Notes: generated by a model from the letters alone, not told the origin. DNA of 64,000 nt from Candidatus Binatia bacterium (GCA_963664535.1 OY761465.1:1573602-1637601); one strand, 5' to 3'; numbered from the stretch's first letter, positions 47,348 to 56,977 are shown. Program-made: numbers and translations.

Positions 47348-49495
47348 TCACAGGTTCTCGACCTTGGCGATGCGGCACGGCAGCCCGCGTGTGTCCGCCG
47401 ACCCCGTCACCGGGTCCCACGGCCCATCATAGCGCATGGCGGCGTTGATGTTCACCTCCAACGCACCACGGTGAGGCGCCTCCGCCTCCGGATACCACCA
47501 GCCCATGCCGGTGCGCGCCACCCCCGGCAGCGTCGCGTCCGTGACGCGGACCTTCAGGCGGCAGCGGCCCGGCCCGCCGGCCGTCTCCACCCATACCCAG
47601 TCGTTCTCGGCGAGACGGTACCGCGTGGCGGTCTCCGGGTGCAGTTGAAGCCACGGGTCCGGCGACACCTTGCGGGCCCAGCCCTGGTCCCGGAACCGCG
47701 AGTGGTGGTAGGTGCGCTCCCGCACGCCGGTGAGCAGCGTCAACGGATAGGCGTCGCGCACCGCAAGCGTCTCGCGCTCCGCCCGGGTCGGCGTGTAGTC
47801 CGGCAGCGGGTCCAGGCCCAACTCGGCGAGGCGCTCGGAATAGAGTTCTACCTTGCCGGTCTTGGTCTTGAACCCGGCCTTCTCGAAATCCCCATAGGTG
47901 AACGGGAAGTTCGCGTACCCCTTCTCCCGCATCTGCTCCACGGTGACGCCGCAGTCGCCCAGCAGGAACTCGTTGAACTCGATCTTGGTCTCCCAAGGGA
48001 TGAAGCGCCGCGCCTCGGCGACGCCCCGGGCTTCGATGCGCCGGGCCAGGTCGCGGGCGATGCGGAAATCGCCCCGGGCCTCGCCTTGGGGCTCCACCGC
48101 CGGCTGGATCAGGCTGAGGCACGGACCGGAGCCCTCCAGCGAGACTTCCTCGTCCTCCAGCCCGGTGGTCTTGGGCAGCACGAGGTCCGCGTACTCCGCG
48201 GTCGGGTTCATCATGTGGGTGGCCACCGCGAAAAAATCCAGGGACCTGAGCGCCTCCAGGGTCTTCGGCGTATCGGGATAGGTCACCACGATGTTGACGC
48301 CGCTGACGTACATGGCGCGCACCGGGTACGGCTTGCCGCTGAGCACCGCCTCGATGACCGACGGGTTGTGACAGGCGGTCTGCCAGCCTTCGGGTCCCGC
48401 CCACAGCGGGAACCGGTCCGCGCCGATGGTCTGCTTCTCCACCTCCAGGGGCAGACGGAACTCGGGCTTGTGCAGCACTTCGATGTAGTTGGTGAATCCC
48501 GCCGGCTTCTTGGCGCGGCGATTGCCGCCCTCGCGGTCCAGGTTGCCGCTGATCGCCACCAGGCAATGGAACGCGCGAAAGGTCTGGACGCCGGCGCTGA
48601 AGGCGTCGATGCCGTGCCCGCTCACGAAGCAGGAGGGGCCGTCCGCGTAGTACTCCGCAGCCTTCTCGATGTCTGCCCGCGGCACCCCGGTCAACTCCGC
48701 GGCGCGTCCGGCAGGATACTGCGCCGCCCGCTCCACGAGCGCGTCGAAGCCGTGGCACCAGCGCTCCACGAACTCACGGTCGTAGCGGCCATGCTCCACC
48801 AGCCAGTGGATCATGGCCAACCCGATGGCCGCGTCCGTGCCCGGCCGCGGCCGCAGCCACACATCCGCCATGGTGGCCGCAGGGGTTTCGCCCGGATCGA
48901 TCACGACGACGCGCGCACCCTTCGCCTTGGCGCGCTTGAGCGCCTGCCACTGCGGCGGGTCGGCCGCATACGGATTGCGCCCCACCACGAGCGCGCAACG
49001 GGTATTGTCGATATCCTCGCCCTTGCCGATGGCCAGCCCCGTGATCCGGTCGCTCAACGCACGGCACCCGCCGCAAAGGTCCTGGTTCATCATCCAGTTG
49101 GGCGACCCGAAAGCCCGCAGGAGCAGCGCCACCATGACCCCGCGGCTGAAATGCGCGTTGCTCACCGCCCCGCAAAGCGCCTTCGGCCCATACCGCTCCC
49201 GCACGGCCAGCATCGCCTCCGCCATCTCGTCCAGCGCCTCGTCCCACGACACCCGCTGCCACCGCCCCCCGCCCCGCGGCCCGGTGCGCTTCATCGGATA
49301 GAGCACCCGGTCCGGATGATAGGTCAACTCCGGCAACCCCCGGATACCCTTCACGCAGAACGCCCCCAGCGACGCCGGATGCTCCGGGTACGGCGACACC
49401 TTGGTGACCCGCCCGTCCTCGACGGTGACCAGCGATCCGCAATGGGCGCTGCATTCCCAGCAGGTGCTGGGGATGATGGCTGTGCCGTTGTTCAT
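47348..49495 (-). CDS. molybdopterin-dependent oxidoreductase, DMSO-reductase family (cytoplasmic, N-terminal 4Fe-4S)
   Basis: The N-terminal Fe-S motif is CWECSAHCGSL...C. Mo-bisPGD domains and the C-terminal beta-barrel follow. There is no Tat signal. Confidence 0.8.
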   Translation of the reverse strand: MNNGTAIIPSTCWECSAHCGSLVTVEDGRVTKVSPYPEHPASLGAFCVKGIRGLPELTYHPDRVLYPMKRTGPRGGGRWQRVSWDEALDEMAEAMLAVRERYGPKALCGAVSNAHFSRGVMVALLLRAFGSPNWMMNQDLCGGCRALSDRITGLAIGKGEDIDNTRCALVVGRNPYAADPPQWQALKRAKAKGARVVVIDPGETPAATMADVWLRPRPGTDAAIGLAMIHWLVEHGRYDREFVERWCHGFDALVERAAQYPAGRAAELTGVPRADIEKAAEYYADGPSCFVSGHGIDAFSAGVQTFRAFHCLVAISGNLDREGGNRRAKKPAGFTNYIEVLHKPEFRLPLEVEKQTIGADRFPLWAGPEGWQTACHNPSVIEAVLSGKPYPVRAMYVSGVNIVVTYPDTPKTLEALRSLDFFAVATHMMNPTAEYADLVLPKTTGLEDEEVSLEGSGPCLSLIQPAVEPQGEARGDFRIARDLARRIEARGVAEARRFIPWETKIEFNEFLLGDCGVTVEQMREKGYANFPFTYGDFEKAGFKTKTGKVELYSERLAELGLDPLPDYTPTRAERETLAVRDAYPLTLLTGVRERTYHHSRFRDQGWARKVSPDPWLQLHPETATRYRLAENDWVWVETAGGPGRCRLKVRVTDATLPGVARTGMGWWYPEAEAPHRGALEVNINAAMRYDGPWDPVTGSADTRGLPCRIAKVENL

Positions 49496-50355
49496 GGCGT
49501 TATTGCCGGTAATCGACGGGAGCCTGAGAAGCTTCCTTGCTCCCTTTCCCTCCAGGAGAGGATCAGGTGAGGGCCGACAGCCTCCTCCGGACCTTCGATC
49601 TGGATGCCGAAGAACTCCAGCCCTCCATCGGCTTCAATCTCGACGGAATAGTCCCACCCGTGGACTTCAAACTCGAACAGCACGCCGCCCGCAAGAGTCG
49701 GAAAAACTGAAAGGGCTCCGGCCAGCGAGGGGCGTTGTCTGAGAAAAGTCTTTGCCATCTTGATGGCTTCATCGGATGGCGCAGAGCCTTCACCATCATG
49801 CCACCCGTCCTGCAGGTTTCCGAGATCGGTCAATCGTTCCATACAACGCATCAGCTGGTAAGTTTCCCGTACATGGGTGATGAGGGCTTTTCGACGGTAA
49901 CTGTCGAGAAAGACAACATTTCCGTCAGGATCACGCCGGTCTGGAAACTCGATCCTTTCCTGGTCGCGCAGACCGGCGCCAAATTTGTTAAGGGCACGGA
50001 TATGCTCAGAGGAGAGTGCTGGGAACCGGTCTTGGCCGGCGCCATCGATCAGGCCGACTAGATCCTTGAAGGACTGATCGACAATCTCTTCGATCTCGTC
50101 CGTGAAACCCGGCAATGTTGTATGCGCTTGTTCCAGGCTCCAATCGAGTTTTGGAACTGCACTCCCATCCTCGATCCCGACCAAGTCAAGTGAAATGCTT
50201 TTGTCGAACCCTTTGGGGAGGCGTTCACGGTCGGCATGCGACTGTCGCCAACGATCCTTGGCGTAGGCAACCAGCAAGTCGCGGAAAGCAGTCAGATCGG
50301 CTAGCACTGTCGTCGGCAGGCGCGGGCCTTCAAAGCGTGCCCCGACATAACGCAA
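49492..50355 (-). CDS. hypothetical protein (287 aa), lower-GC, translationally coupled to the molybdoenzyme
   Basis: The ATGA overlap with the downstream gene is at 49492-49495. There is no recognisable motif. GC is about 57% against a backbone of about 68%. Confidence 0.45.
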   Translation of the reverse strand: MRYVGARFEGPRLPTTVLADLTAFRDLLVAYAKDRWRQSHADRERLPKGFDKSISLDLVGIEDGSAVPKLDWSLEQAHTTLPGFTDEIEEIVDQSFKDLVGLIDGAGQDRFPALSSEHIRALNKFGAGLRDQERIEFPDRRDPDGNVVFLDSYRRKALITHVRETYQLMRCMERLTDLGNLQDGWHDGEGSAPSDEAIKMAKTFLRQRPSLAGALSVFPTLAGGVLFEFEVHGWDYSVEIEADGGLEFFGIQIEGPEEAVGPHLILSWREREQGSFSGSRRLPAITP

Positions 50356-50704
50356 CTCGAATATTTTCCGTCCAGTAGGCAGGTCGGTATCTCCAGACCG
50401 CGCAACTCAACTGTACCCTTAACCAGATACCACCGGACAAGCCGGACTTCAAAGTTCAGAGGCAGGCTTCCTATGTAAGGGAATGTGGTAAGGTGATCTG
50501 TAGGGTGGTTTCTCATGACAGAAATGGAGACGTGGATCCTTCATACACGCAAGTCGGCGTCTACCAAATGGCCCGAATTGCCGCCAAGGATAGCAAGTGA
50601 CCCACGAGGCTGCCGTATACGGCGACGGTTCAGTTTCGACCCTCGACGAGGCACTTGAGGCCCTCCAATCCCTCTCCTTGCCGGACGAAGACAAAGGGTA
50701 GTCC

Positions 50705-51676
50705 GTGGTCATAGACTTCCAGCACCACTACGTGCCCGAGGAACTGGCCCGAAAGAAGGGCCTCTACTCCGACAAGGTCGCCGTGGCCACAGAGGGCGGG
50801 GTGCCGCGGATGACCCTTCACGCCAAGCTCTACGACGCGGAGGCGCAGCTTCGGGACATGGACGAGGCCGGGGTGGACGTGTCGGTGGTGTCCTGCCATC
50901 TGGGGTGGGACGGGAGCCTGGAGGATTGCAGGGTCATCAATGACAGCTACGCGGGGCTGGAGCGGCGGTACGACGGACGGTTCGTCGGGCTGGCGCATGC
51001 GCCCGTCCTGGAAGGCGAAAAGGCGCTGGACGAGCTGGATCGGGCGATCCTGGAGCGCGGGCTCCACGGCGTGACCATCACTTCACAGGTGGGCGGCCTC
51101 TTTCTCGACGCGCCGGAGCTGGACCGGTTCTACGAACGGGTCGAGCGGCTTGGTGTTCCGATATTCGTGCACCCGGCGCTGGTGCCCAAGGGTTACGAAT
51201 CCATTCAGGGCTACGATCTGCCGCGCATCATCGGCAGGGAGATCGACCTGACCATCGCTACCATCCGGCTGATCGCCGGCGGGGTGTTGGACCGCCACCC
51301 GGAGATCGACTTCGTCATCGGGCACTTCGGCGGCGGCATCGCCGCGTTCAAGGACCGGCTGGTGGCCATGGCGCACCGGTTCGGCACCTTGAAACATTCG
51401 TTCGAAGAGTACTTCGATCGGCTCTATTTCGACCTCTCCGGCTTCGAGGGCGGGCTCACGGCCTTCGGTTGCGGCCTGCTGGGCATCCGGCCGGAACGGC
51501 TCGTGTTCGCCACGGACTATCCGCAGAACTTCACCGGCGTGAGCACGCAGGGCGGCAAGGGCAACCAGGCGATCCGTGAATATATCGAGGCGGTCAGGAA
51601 TCTGGAGCTTGAGGAGCAGGTCAAGGAGGACATCCTGGGGGGTACGGCCGCCCGGCTGCTGAAACTGGACGGTTGA
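50705..51676 (+). CDS. amidohydrolase-2 family protein (ACMSD-like decarboxylase/hydrolase TIM barrel)
   Basis: The motifs are MVIDFQHHYVPEE, GVPIFVHPA and FATDYP. It has a GTG start. Confidence 0.7.
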   Translation: MVIDFQHHYVPEELARKKGLYSDKVAVATEGGVPRMTLHAKLYDAEAQLRDMDEAGVDVSVVSCHLGWDGSLEDCRVINDSYAGLERRYDGRFVGLAHAPVLEGEKALDELDRAILERGLHGVTITSQVGGLFLDAPELDRFYERVERLGVPIFVHPALVPKGYESIQGYDLPRIIGREIDLTIATIRLIAGGVLDRHPEIDFVIGHFGGGIAAFKDRLVAMAHRFGTLKHSFEEYFDRLYFDLSGFEGGLTAFGCGLLGIRPERLVFATDYPQNFTGVSTQGGKGNQAIREYIEAVRNLELEEQVKEDILGGTAARLLKLDG

Positions 51677-51722
51677 AACCCCTGTCCGTCCAATCCCTGC
51701 CTGTCCAATGAACGGAGGTCCC

Positions 51723-52268
51723 ATGAAATACCTTGGACTCATTCTCCTGACTGTCTTGGTGGGCGCCCTGCTTGCCGGCCCGGGCGCGGCGGGCGAAACC
51801 GTGGAGGTCCTGCTGGTGGACCGCCTGGACGACCAGCGCGGCTTTTGCCTGGACATCCGCGGCTACAAGGAACGCGCCAGGGTCGACAGGGGCCTACAGG
51901 CACACAGTTGCTACAGCTATCAGGGGCAAGTCGGCGTCGACCAGGGATTCGACAGCGACGGCATCAAGGCGGGGCGCTTCCACATGCCCGGGTTCGACGT
52001 GTGCATGACCGCGGGCGGTGCCCACGCGGGCTCCGGGCTCGGGCTCGCGAAATGCGACGGCTCGCCGTCACAGGGGTTTTCCATGACGTCCGAGGGCGCG
52101 ATCGTTGCCAAGAGCGCGCCGAAGCTGTGCGTGACGGTGACGGGTGGCGAATCGAGGCAGGGAGGAGGCGGCCGGCCGCCGCATCTCATTCGGCGCCTGA
52201 CCCTGGAGCCTTGTGACGAGAAAACCGCCAAGTACCAGCGGTGGCGCGTCCGCACCAAAGCGGACTAG
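51723..52268 (+). CDS. secreted ricin-type beta-trefoil lectin domain protein
   Basis: There is a signal peptide. GFCLDI and QRWRV (QxW) repeats are present. A GGAGG RBS lies upstream. Confidence 0.6.
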   Translation: MKYLGLILLTVLVGALLAGPGAAGETVEVLLVDRLDDQRGFCLDIRGYKERARVDRGLQAHSCYSYQGQVGVDQGFDSDGIKAGRFHMPGFDVCMTAGGAHAGSGLGLAKCDGSPSQGFSMTSEGAIVAKSAPKLCVTVTGGESRQGGGGRPPHLIRRLTLEPCDEKTAKYQRWRVRTKAD

Positions 52269-52281
52269 CCGCACAACGACG

Positions 52282-52304
52282 AAGGGAGGTTTCAAACCCT
52301 CCCG
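52282..52304 (+). terminator. hairpin GGGAGGtttcaaaCCCTCCC after the lectin gene; its right arm begins the ~1.4 kb duplicated segment
   Basis: The stem is 6 bp. The second copy at 62292 lacks the left arm. Confidence 0.3.
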
Positions 52305-52532
52305 TCATTCAAGAGCAGCCATGCTCAGGCATACGCTTGTATCGCCAATAAACATGTGATTTAAGCAGGTTAAGATCGTTTGATACTGCCAAACCACGCC
52401 GTCTCCCACACTCCACTGCGCTCCGATTCCTTCTCTCGTGTTGATTGTGGGGTTGACTATTTCCTGGTCCACGCCTATCATACCCGTGTTTTCCGGTCTC
52501 CCAGCCGATACCCGAATTCGCGAGGTAACCCC

Positions 52533-53795
52533 ATGCAACACGCCGCAAAACTCGTCGCCAAAGTCAAGCTCATGCTGACCAAGAGAACGGTAGACGCTCT
52601 TGAGTCCGAAGACAAGCCCTGGATCGCCTGGGATGACAAGCTGACCGGATTCGGTGTGCGCGTCCACCCCTCCGGAGCCAAGTCCTTCGTCGTGAACTAC
52701 CGTGCCGGCAACGGCGGGCGCAAGGCGCCCAACAAGCGCGTGGTGGTGGGCCGTGTCGGGCGGGTTACCCCGGACCAGGCCAGGCGTCTGGCCCAGGAAC
52801 TCCTGGGGCGCGTGGCCGCGGGAAACGACCCCGCGGGGGAGCGCGCAGAGGCGCGTTCTGTGCCGACCCTGGGAGAGGCGTGCAAGGACTACATGGAGTC
52901 GGGCCATGGGCGCGCGGCCAGCACCGAGCGGGGCTATCGCCGGTATACGGCCTTGTATCTCGGCGACTGGCTGTCCCGCCCACTGGATGCCATCACCCGC
53001 CGGGAGGTGGAGAACCGGTTCAGGTTCCTTACCGAGCGCCACGGAGAGATGCCGGCCAACCAGTGCCTGTCGTTCCTTCGGTCGGTGTACCGCAGGCCCT
53101 GCGTGGACTACGAGGGTCTGCGCAATCCGGTGGAGCAGTGGCTTGCGGCCGGAGGGCGCTACCACCGGAAGACACGGCGGCGGATATCGTCTCCGGCCGA
53201 GGTGCTGCCGTGCTGGCGGAAGGGGCTGGAGGCGGAGGTGGGCAATGCGGTTCACCGGGACGTGGTTCTGTTTGGGCTCTACACGGGGATGCGGCTTGGA
53301 GAGGTCGTGCCGCTTCGGTGGGAGGATGTAGACCTGGATGCCGGGCTTTTCCGGGTGGAGGAGACCAAGACCGGGGCGCCGCTCGAGTTGCCGGTGACGC
53401 GGCAGCTTGGAGAGATACTGGCGCGGCGGCGGGCGGAGGGCCACACGGTTGGGGAGGAGCTTCGCGTGTGGGTGTTTCCGTCGCCGATGAGCGATTCCGG
53501 GCACGTGGAGGAACTCTACCGACACTACGGGGCCATCGGGCGAGCAGGCGGAGCGAAGTTCTGGTTTCACGCGTTGCGGAACTGCTTCATCACGGTGGCG
53601 GAGCGGGAGTTGATGCTGCCGCGGTCGTTGACGAAGCGTCTGGTGAACCATGCCCGGCCCGGTGACGTGACCGAGGGCTACGCCGCGGACTGGACGGTGG
53701 AGCAGTTGCGAGAGCCTGCGCAACGGGTCGCGAACCGCATCGATGAGTTGATGGCCCGACAGGTGCCGACCGTGCCTCACTCGCTTGGGAAGTGA
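52533..53795 (+). CDS. int: tyrosine-type site-specific integrase, P4-like with N-terminal DUF4102 arm-binding domain
   Basis: The DUF4102 region is DKLTGFGVRVHPSGAKSFVVNYR. The catalytic residues are present (R in GMRLGEV, HALRN, and Y in the GYAA tail). Confidence 0.85.
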   Translation: MQHAAKLVAKVKLMLTKRTVDALESEDKPWIAWDDKLTGFGVRVHPSGAKSFVVNYRAGNGGRKAPNKRVVVGRVGRVTPDQARRLAQELLGRVAAGNDPAGERAEARSVPTLGEACKDYMESGHGRAASTERGYRRYTALYLGDWLSRPLDAITRREVENRFRFLTERHGEMPANQCLSFLRSVYRRPCVDYEGLRNPVEQWLAAGGRYHRKTRRRISSPAEVLPCWRKGLEAEVGNAVHRDVVLFGLYTGMRLGEVVPLRWEDVDLDAGLFRVEETKTGAPLELPVTRQLGEILARRRAEGHTVGEELRVWVFPSPMSDSGHVEELYRHYGAIGRAGGAKFWFHALRNCFITVAERELMLPRSLTKRLVNHARPGDVTEGYAADWTVEQLREPAQRVANRIDELMARQVPTVPHSLGK

Positions 53796-54016
53796 CATGC
53801 GCGCGACGAGGCACATCCAACGGCTCCCGGAACAGCAGGTTGTGTCAAACAGGACCCTGGCGGCGTGATCCTTTACACCGGAATACACCTTACCTCCGCC
53901 GCCTCCCTGTCCCACAACCAGGACCACTTCATGATCCAACAAGAGTCTGGCGGCGGAAGGCGGTGGTTGCGCAGAGAGCCGTGGGTCAAGGGTGCGAATG
54001 GCGCCACCAGCATCGG

Positions 54017-54034
54017 GGATGCGTGGGGTGTGAG
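54017..54034. repeat. 18-nt direct repeat GGATGCGTGGGGTGTGAG (copy 1 of 2; second at 58304-58321), a candidate att core
   Basis: The match is exact over 18 nt and extends to a 28-nt near-match (GCATCsssGGATGCGTGGGGTGTGAG). It flanks the nuclease-like gene plus the two tandem integrases. Confidence 0.45.
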
Positions 54035-54259
54035 GAGAAAAGACTCCGCATGGAGTCAGATGGGCGATTGTGCCCTGCACACCGTCATTGGGTGGAACAG
54101 CCTGCGCCGCAAGAGTTTGGAGCCTTCGCGGCGATTGAGCGAGACGACCGGGCCGCAGTGTCCGAGCGAGTTCCGCATCGCCTTCCAGGCAACAGAGGTA
54201 ACAGACCGTACCGTACGGTGCAAGCACGAAGCGAGGCGTTTCACACACCGCGCACCGAA

Positions 54260-54480
54260 GGTTCGGTGTTACCGTCCGTCAACGGACGGGTTGCACTTGT
54301 TACCGCGAATCGTCAAGACGAGGTTCACATGTTACCGGAGACTTGAGTAGCGTGGTGAAGTGACCGGTGCACGAGGTCGTGCATGGTCCGGTGCACACGT
54401 TTGGAGTTACCGCGCATGAACCTGACGGTTAGGTTCTCGTTACCCGTCCTCACACTGCAAGCGGTCGTGCACTGCACGAT
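54260..54480. repeat. repeat- and palindrome-rich non-coding region (4x GTTACCG, palindromes CCGTCCGTcaaCGGACGG and CGTGCACTGCACG)
   Basis: GTTACCG occurs at 54268, 54298, 54332 and 54406. Several short perfect palindromes are present. There is no credible ORF across 53.8-54.66 kb. Confidence 0.45.
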
Positions 54481-54663
54481 GCAGACCGGCCTGCGGACAC
54501 CACTTGCATAAGCAACACCAGTTCTTCCCACGTCACTTGATGGCTTGATGGCGACTTACCCCTGATGTACCGACGTACCGCGGTGGAGGGATCGGCTTAG
54601 GCGGCGCTGGTGGCGCTTGCGGTGCCGGAGCGAGAAAAGTGGACCGCGACGGTCACGTTTTCG

Positions 54664-55536
54664 TTACTTCTCCGCACCGTGTACGCGGTCGTGGACGCCC
54701 GCTGCGAGAAGGTCTTCGATCACTTCTTTGAGTTCGACCACCGCAAGTGGACATTCTGGCCAATTGTGCTGCCAGCAGACGATCAAATCGCACTTCGCCG
54801 GGTCGTGTCCATGGTCCAAGAAGGTACGAGACATAAACTCAAACTCGATCCGCACACGCTGCCATCGGTCTTTCTTTCGATCGACGAGGCGCTTCGCCTC
54901 GCAGTCGGGGAAGGAGGCGTGTACAGCTTCGACGAGGAAGCCGAGTTCACGGCTGACCATGCCAAAGAGAAAGACGACTCCTAGCTCGTTGATCGGAGCG
55001 TGCCTCAGTCCGCGAAAGTCGATTGGGGCGCCGAACTGCGGTCCGCCACTGTTGCCCAGATGGACGTAAGGTTCCGGCGAGACAGTCTTGGTCTGTTTCA
55101 CTGGCGGTTGTCCTGATTCGTGCGATCCATCAAGTTGGCTCAACAGCGGAGACTGTGGCTCGTTTCGAACGAGCCATGCTCTGTACCTAGCCAGTAGACC
55201 ACTTCGGCCGCCGAAGCGGCGGCTAACGACTCCGTCTGAAATCAGACTGTGATGGTTGAACTGGTTCAACGTAGGGATCCGCCCAAGGCCCGATGCCACC
55301 GAATGGAACTCGCTCAGAAGTTCGTCATCCTCCAGGCGCTCGCGATGCCTGGGATGTTTCGGGATGCCAGCGCGCTCCTTGAGTTCCGACCACCCACCAT
55401 CAGGGAAGAGACGGTAGATTTGACGCTGGCTGATCCCGGAGATGCGCTCGAAGTCTGATCGCGACAGCGGTTGCCCTTGCTTCTCACTTGCGTGTTGGGC
55501 TTCCTGGATCAGATCGTTCTGTGTGAGCTGGCTCAT
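54664..55536 (-). CDS. hypothetical protein with an N-terminal HTH-like region and a C-terminal DUF559/Vsr-like (PD-(D/E)XK) endonuclease-like domain
   Basis: The C-terminus (FPDCEAKRL ... RVRIEFEF ... HGHD ... DLIVCWQHNW) parallels the DUF559 pattern (DFaClEAKL ... vEvDG.qH ... GwrVlRfwn). Confidence 0.45.
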   Translation of the reverse strand: MSQLTQNDLIQEAQHASEKQGQPLSRSDFERISGISQRQIYRLFPDGGWSELKERAGIPKHPRHRERLEDDELLSEFHSVASGLGRIPTLNQFNHHSLISDGVVSRRFGGRSGLLARYRAWLVRNEPQSPLLSQLDGSHESGQPPVKQTKTVSPEPYVHLGNSGGPQFGAPIDFRGLRHAPINELGVVFLFGMVSRELGFLVEAVHASFPDCEAKRLVDRKKDRWQRVRIEFEFMSRTFLDHGHDPAKCDLIVCWQHNWPECPLAVVELKEVIEDLLAAGVHDRVHGAEK

Positions 55537-55717
55537 GCTCCATGTCCCTCACGGCGGTCCTTGTCTAGCGCAGGCGTGTACATTCAGCGTGGCGCTTGTA
55601 CTCAGGCCACCGTCCAAGACTCGGCTGCGGGGCCTCAGAACCGCCCAAAAGGCGATCTTATTTTTTATCACACATTGTAGGGCCACGTACATTACCGATC
55701 CGTCCTCCTTCTGCGTC

Positions 55718-56977
55718 TTAATCGGATAGCTGGTGCGACGGATCGAGACCAGGAGGAACTGGTGGACCGGAGAGTCTGGCCTGTGGTTCAATCTGCGAGG
55801 GCGGCGTCTCGGCCCGAAAGCCCATGGCGCAGGCGATGACTGCAGCCGCCTGCTTGGCCGCACCCTGTAGCGCGATATCGTCGAGGTGGGCGTAGATGGC
55901 GGTTGTGGCGCGCTTGCGGTGTCCGAGCAGGCGGCCCACCGTGGTCAGCCCTACGCCGTTCATGACACCCTGGGAGGCGTAGGTGTGGCGGGTGTCGTGG
56001 ATTCGGACGCCTTGCAACCCGGCTTCCTGGCGAATCGCGCACCAGAAGCTGTAGAGCCTGCCTGGGGTGAGATCCTCGGGGAACACCCGCCCGTCGCCCT
56101 CCAGGCGGGGAAGGGCCGCGAGCACCTTTACCGCTTGCGGTCCGAGCCACAGGGTGCGCGGTCCGGTCTTGGAGTCCGGGAGGCGGACGCTTGCGCCGTC
56201 CCCGGACAGCTTCCCGATCTCGTCCCACCGGAGGTTCAACACCTCGGAGAGCCGCGCGCCGGTGAGGGTGAGGAGGTGGAGCGCAGCCACGGGCCAGGGA
56301 CGCTTCGCACGGCATGCATCAAGGACTGCGCCAAGGCGTTCCAGTTCTTCGCGGGTGAGATGGCGCGCGACCGGTCTTCTGGGGTTCATGACGATGTTGG
56401 CGCAGGGGTCGGGAGCGTCCTCGGACACCTCGCCCCACTGGCGCGCCGTGCGCAGCATGGCGCGGAGGATCTCGAAGGCGCGGTTGGCCGCGCCGGGCCG
56501 GTCGACGCTGGCGGAGTCGAACCACGCGGAGACCCGCGCATGGTCGATGCGATCGAGCCGCAGTCGGCCGAAGGCGGGCATGAGCCTCTGCCGCATGTAG
56601 CTGTCGTGGGCTTTGAGCGAGGACGGCTTGCAGCGGCTCCTGAGCCGCTCGCGGTAGCGGGCGGCGAAGTCGCCGAAGAGCGCCGGCCTGGGCCTGTGGC
56701 CGGGCACCGTGGCGTCGCCTGCCCAGATACGGGCGAGCACTTTGGCAGCCTCCCTTCGCGCATCGGCGAGGGGGGTCTCTGGGAAGCGCCCGAGGGTGAG
56801 CTTGCGCATCCGGCCCCGCACGCGGGTCTGGACGATGAAGGAGCGCACGCCCGAGGGCTGCACCCTGACTCCGAAGTGAGCGAGCGCGCCGTCCCAGAGC
56901 GTGTACTCGGTCCGCCTCGGCTTGGCGGCTGCAATGGCGCTAACGGTCAACGGCTTCTTGCCCTGCCTACGATCCAT
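55718..56977 (-). CDS. tyrosine-type integrase, P4-like (DUF4102 N-domain), downstream member of a tandem pair
   Basis: The DUF4102 region is WDGALAHFGVRVQPSGVRSFIVQ. The catalytic residues are present (R in GARLSEV, HDTRHT, and Y in AIYAHL). A GGAGG RBS lies upstream. Confidence 0.85.
   Translation of the reverse strand: MDRRQGKKPLTVSAIAAAKPRRTEYTLWDGALAHFGVRVQPSGVRSFIVQTRVRGRMRKLTLGRFPETPLADARREAAKVLARIWAGDATVPGHRPRPALFGDFAARYRERLRSRCKPSSLKAHDSYMRQRLMPAFGRLRLDRIDHARVSAWFDSASVDRPGAANRAFEILRAMLRTARQWGEVSEDAPDPCANIVMNPRRPVARHLTREELERLGAVLDACRAKRPWPVAALHLLTLTGARLSEVLNLRWDEIGKLSGDGASVRLPDSKTGPRTLWLGPQAVKVLAALPRLEGDGRVFPEDLTPGRLYSFWCAIRQEAGLQGVRIHDTRHTYASQGVMNGVGLTTVGRLLGHRKRATTAIYAHLDDIALQGAAKQAAAVIACAMGFRAETPPSQIEPQARLSGPPVPPGLDPSHQLSD

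Noticed and set aside
47312-49570. 752-aa plus-strand ORF
   Set aside because: It is antisense to the molybdopterin oxidoreductase gene, which has a clear N-terminal 4Fe-4S motif and Mo-bisPGD domains.
52268-52533. Expected tRNA/tmRNA target gene for the P4-like integrase
   Set aside because: The hairpin GGGAGGtttcaaaCCCTCCC superficially resembles a T-arm, but the loop is 8 nt. No matching acceptor-stem partner or anticodon arm is found upstream, which is coding sequence of the lectin gene. No tRNA can be supported by eye. A tRNAscan run would settle it.
52305-54248. 647-aa minus-strand ORF, and its twin at 62328-63809
   Set aside because: It is antisense to the integrase genes and low-complexity. 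The duplication of the artefact simply mirrors the segmental repeat.
54790-54810. A contiguous PDCEAK stretch read at first as a compressed PD-(D/E)XK motif
   Set aside because: The canonical motif has D and ExK on separate strands. The region aligns better to the DUF559 DFaClEAKL element, so it is reported as DUF559/Vsr-like with moderate confidence rather than as a classical PD-(D/E)XK call.
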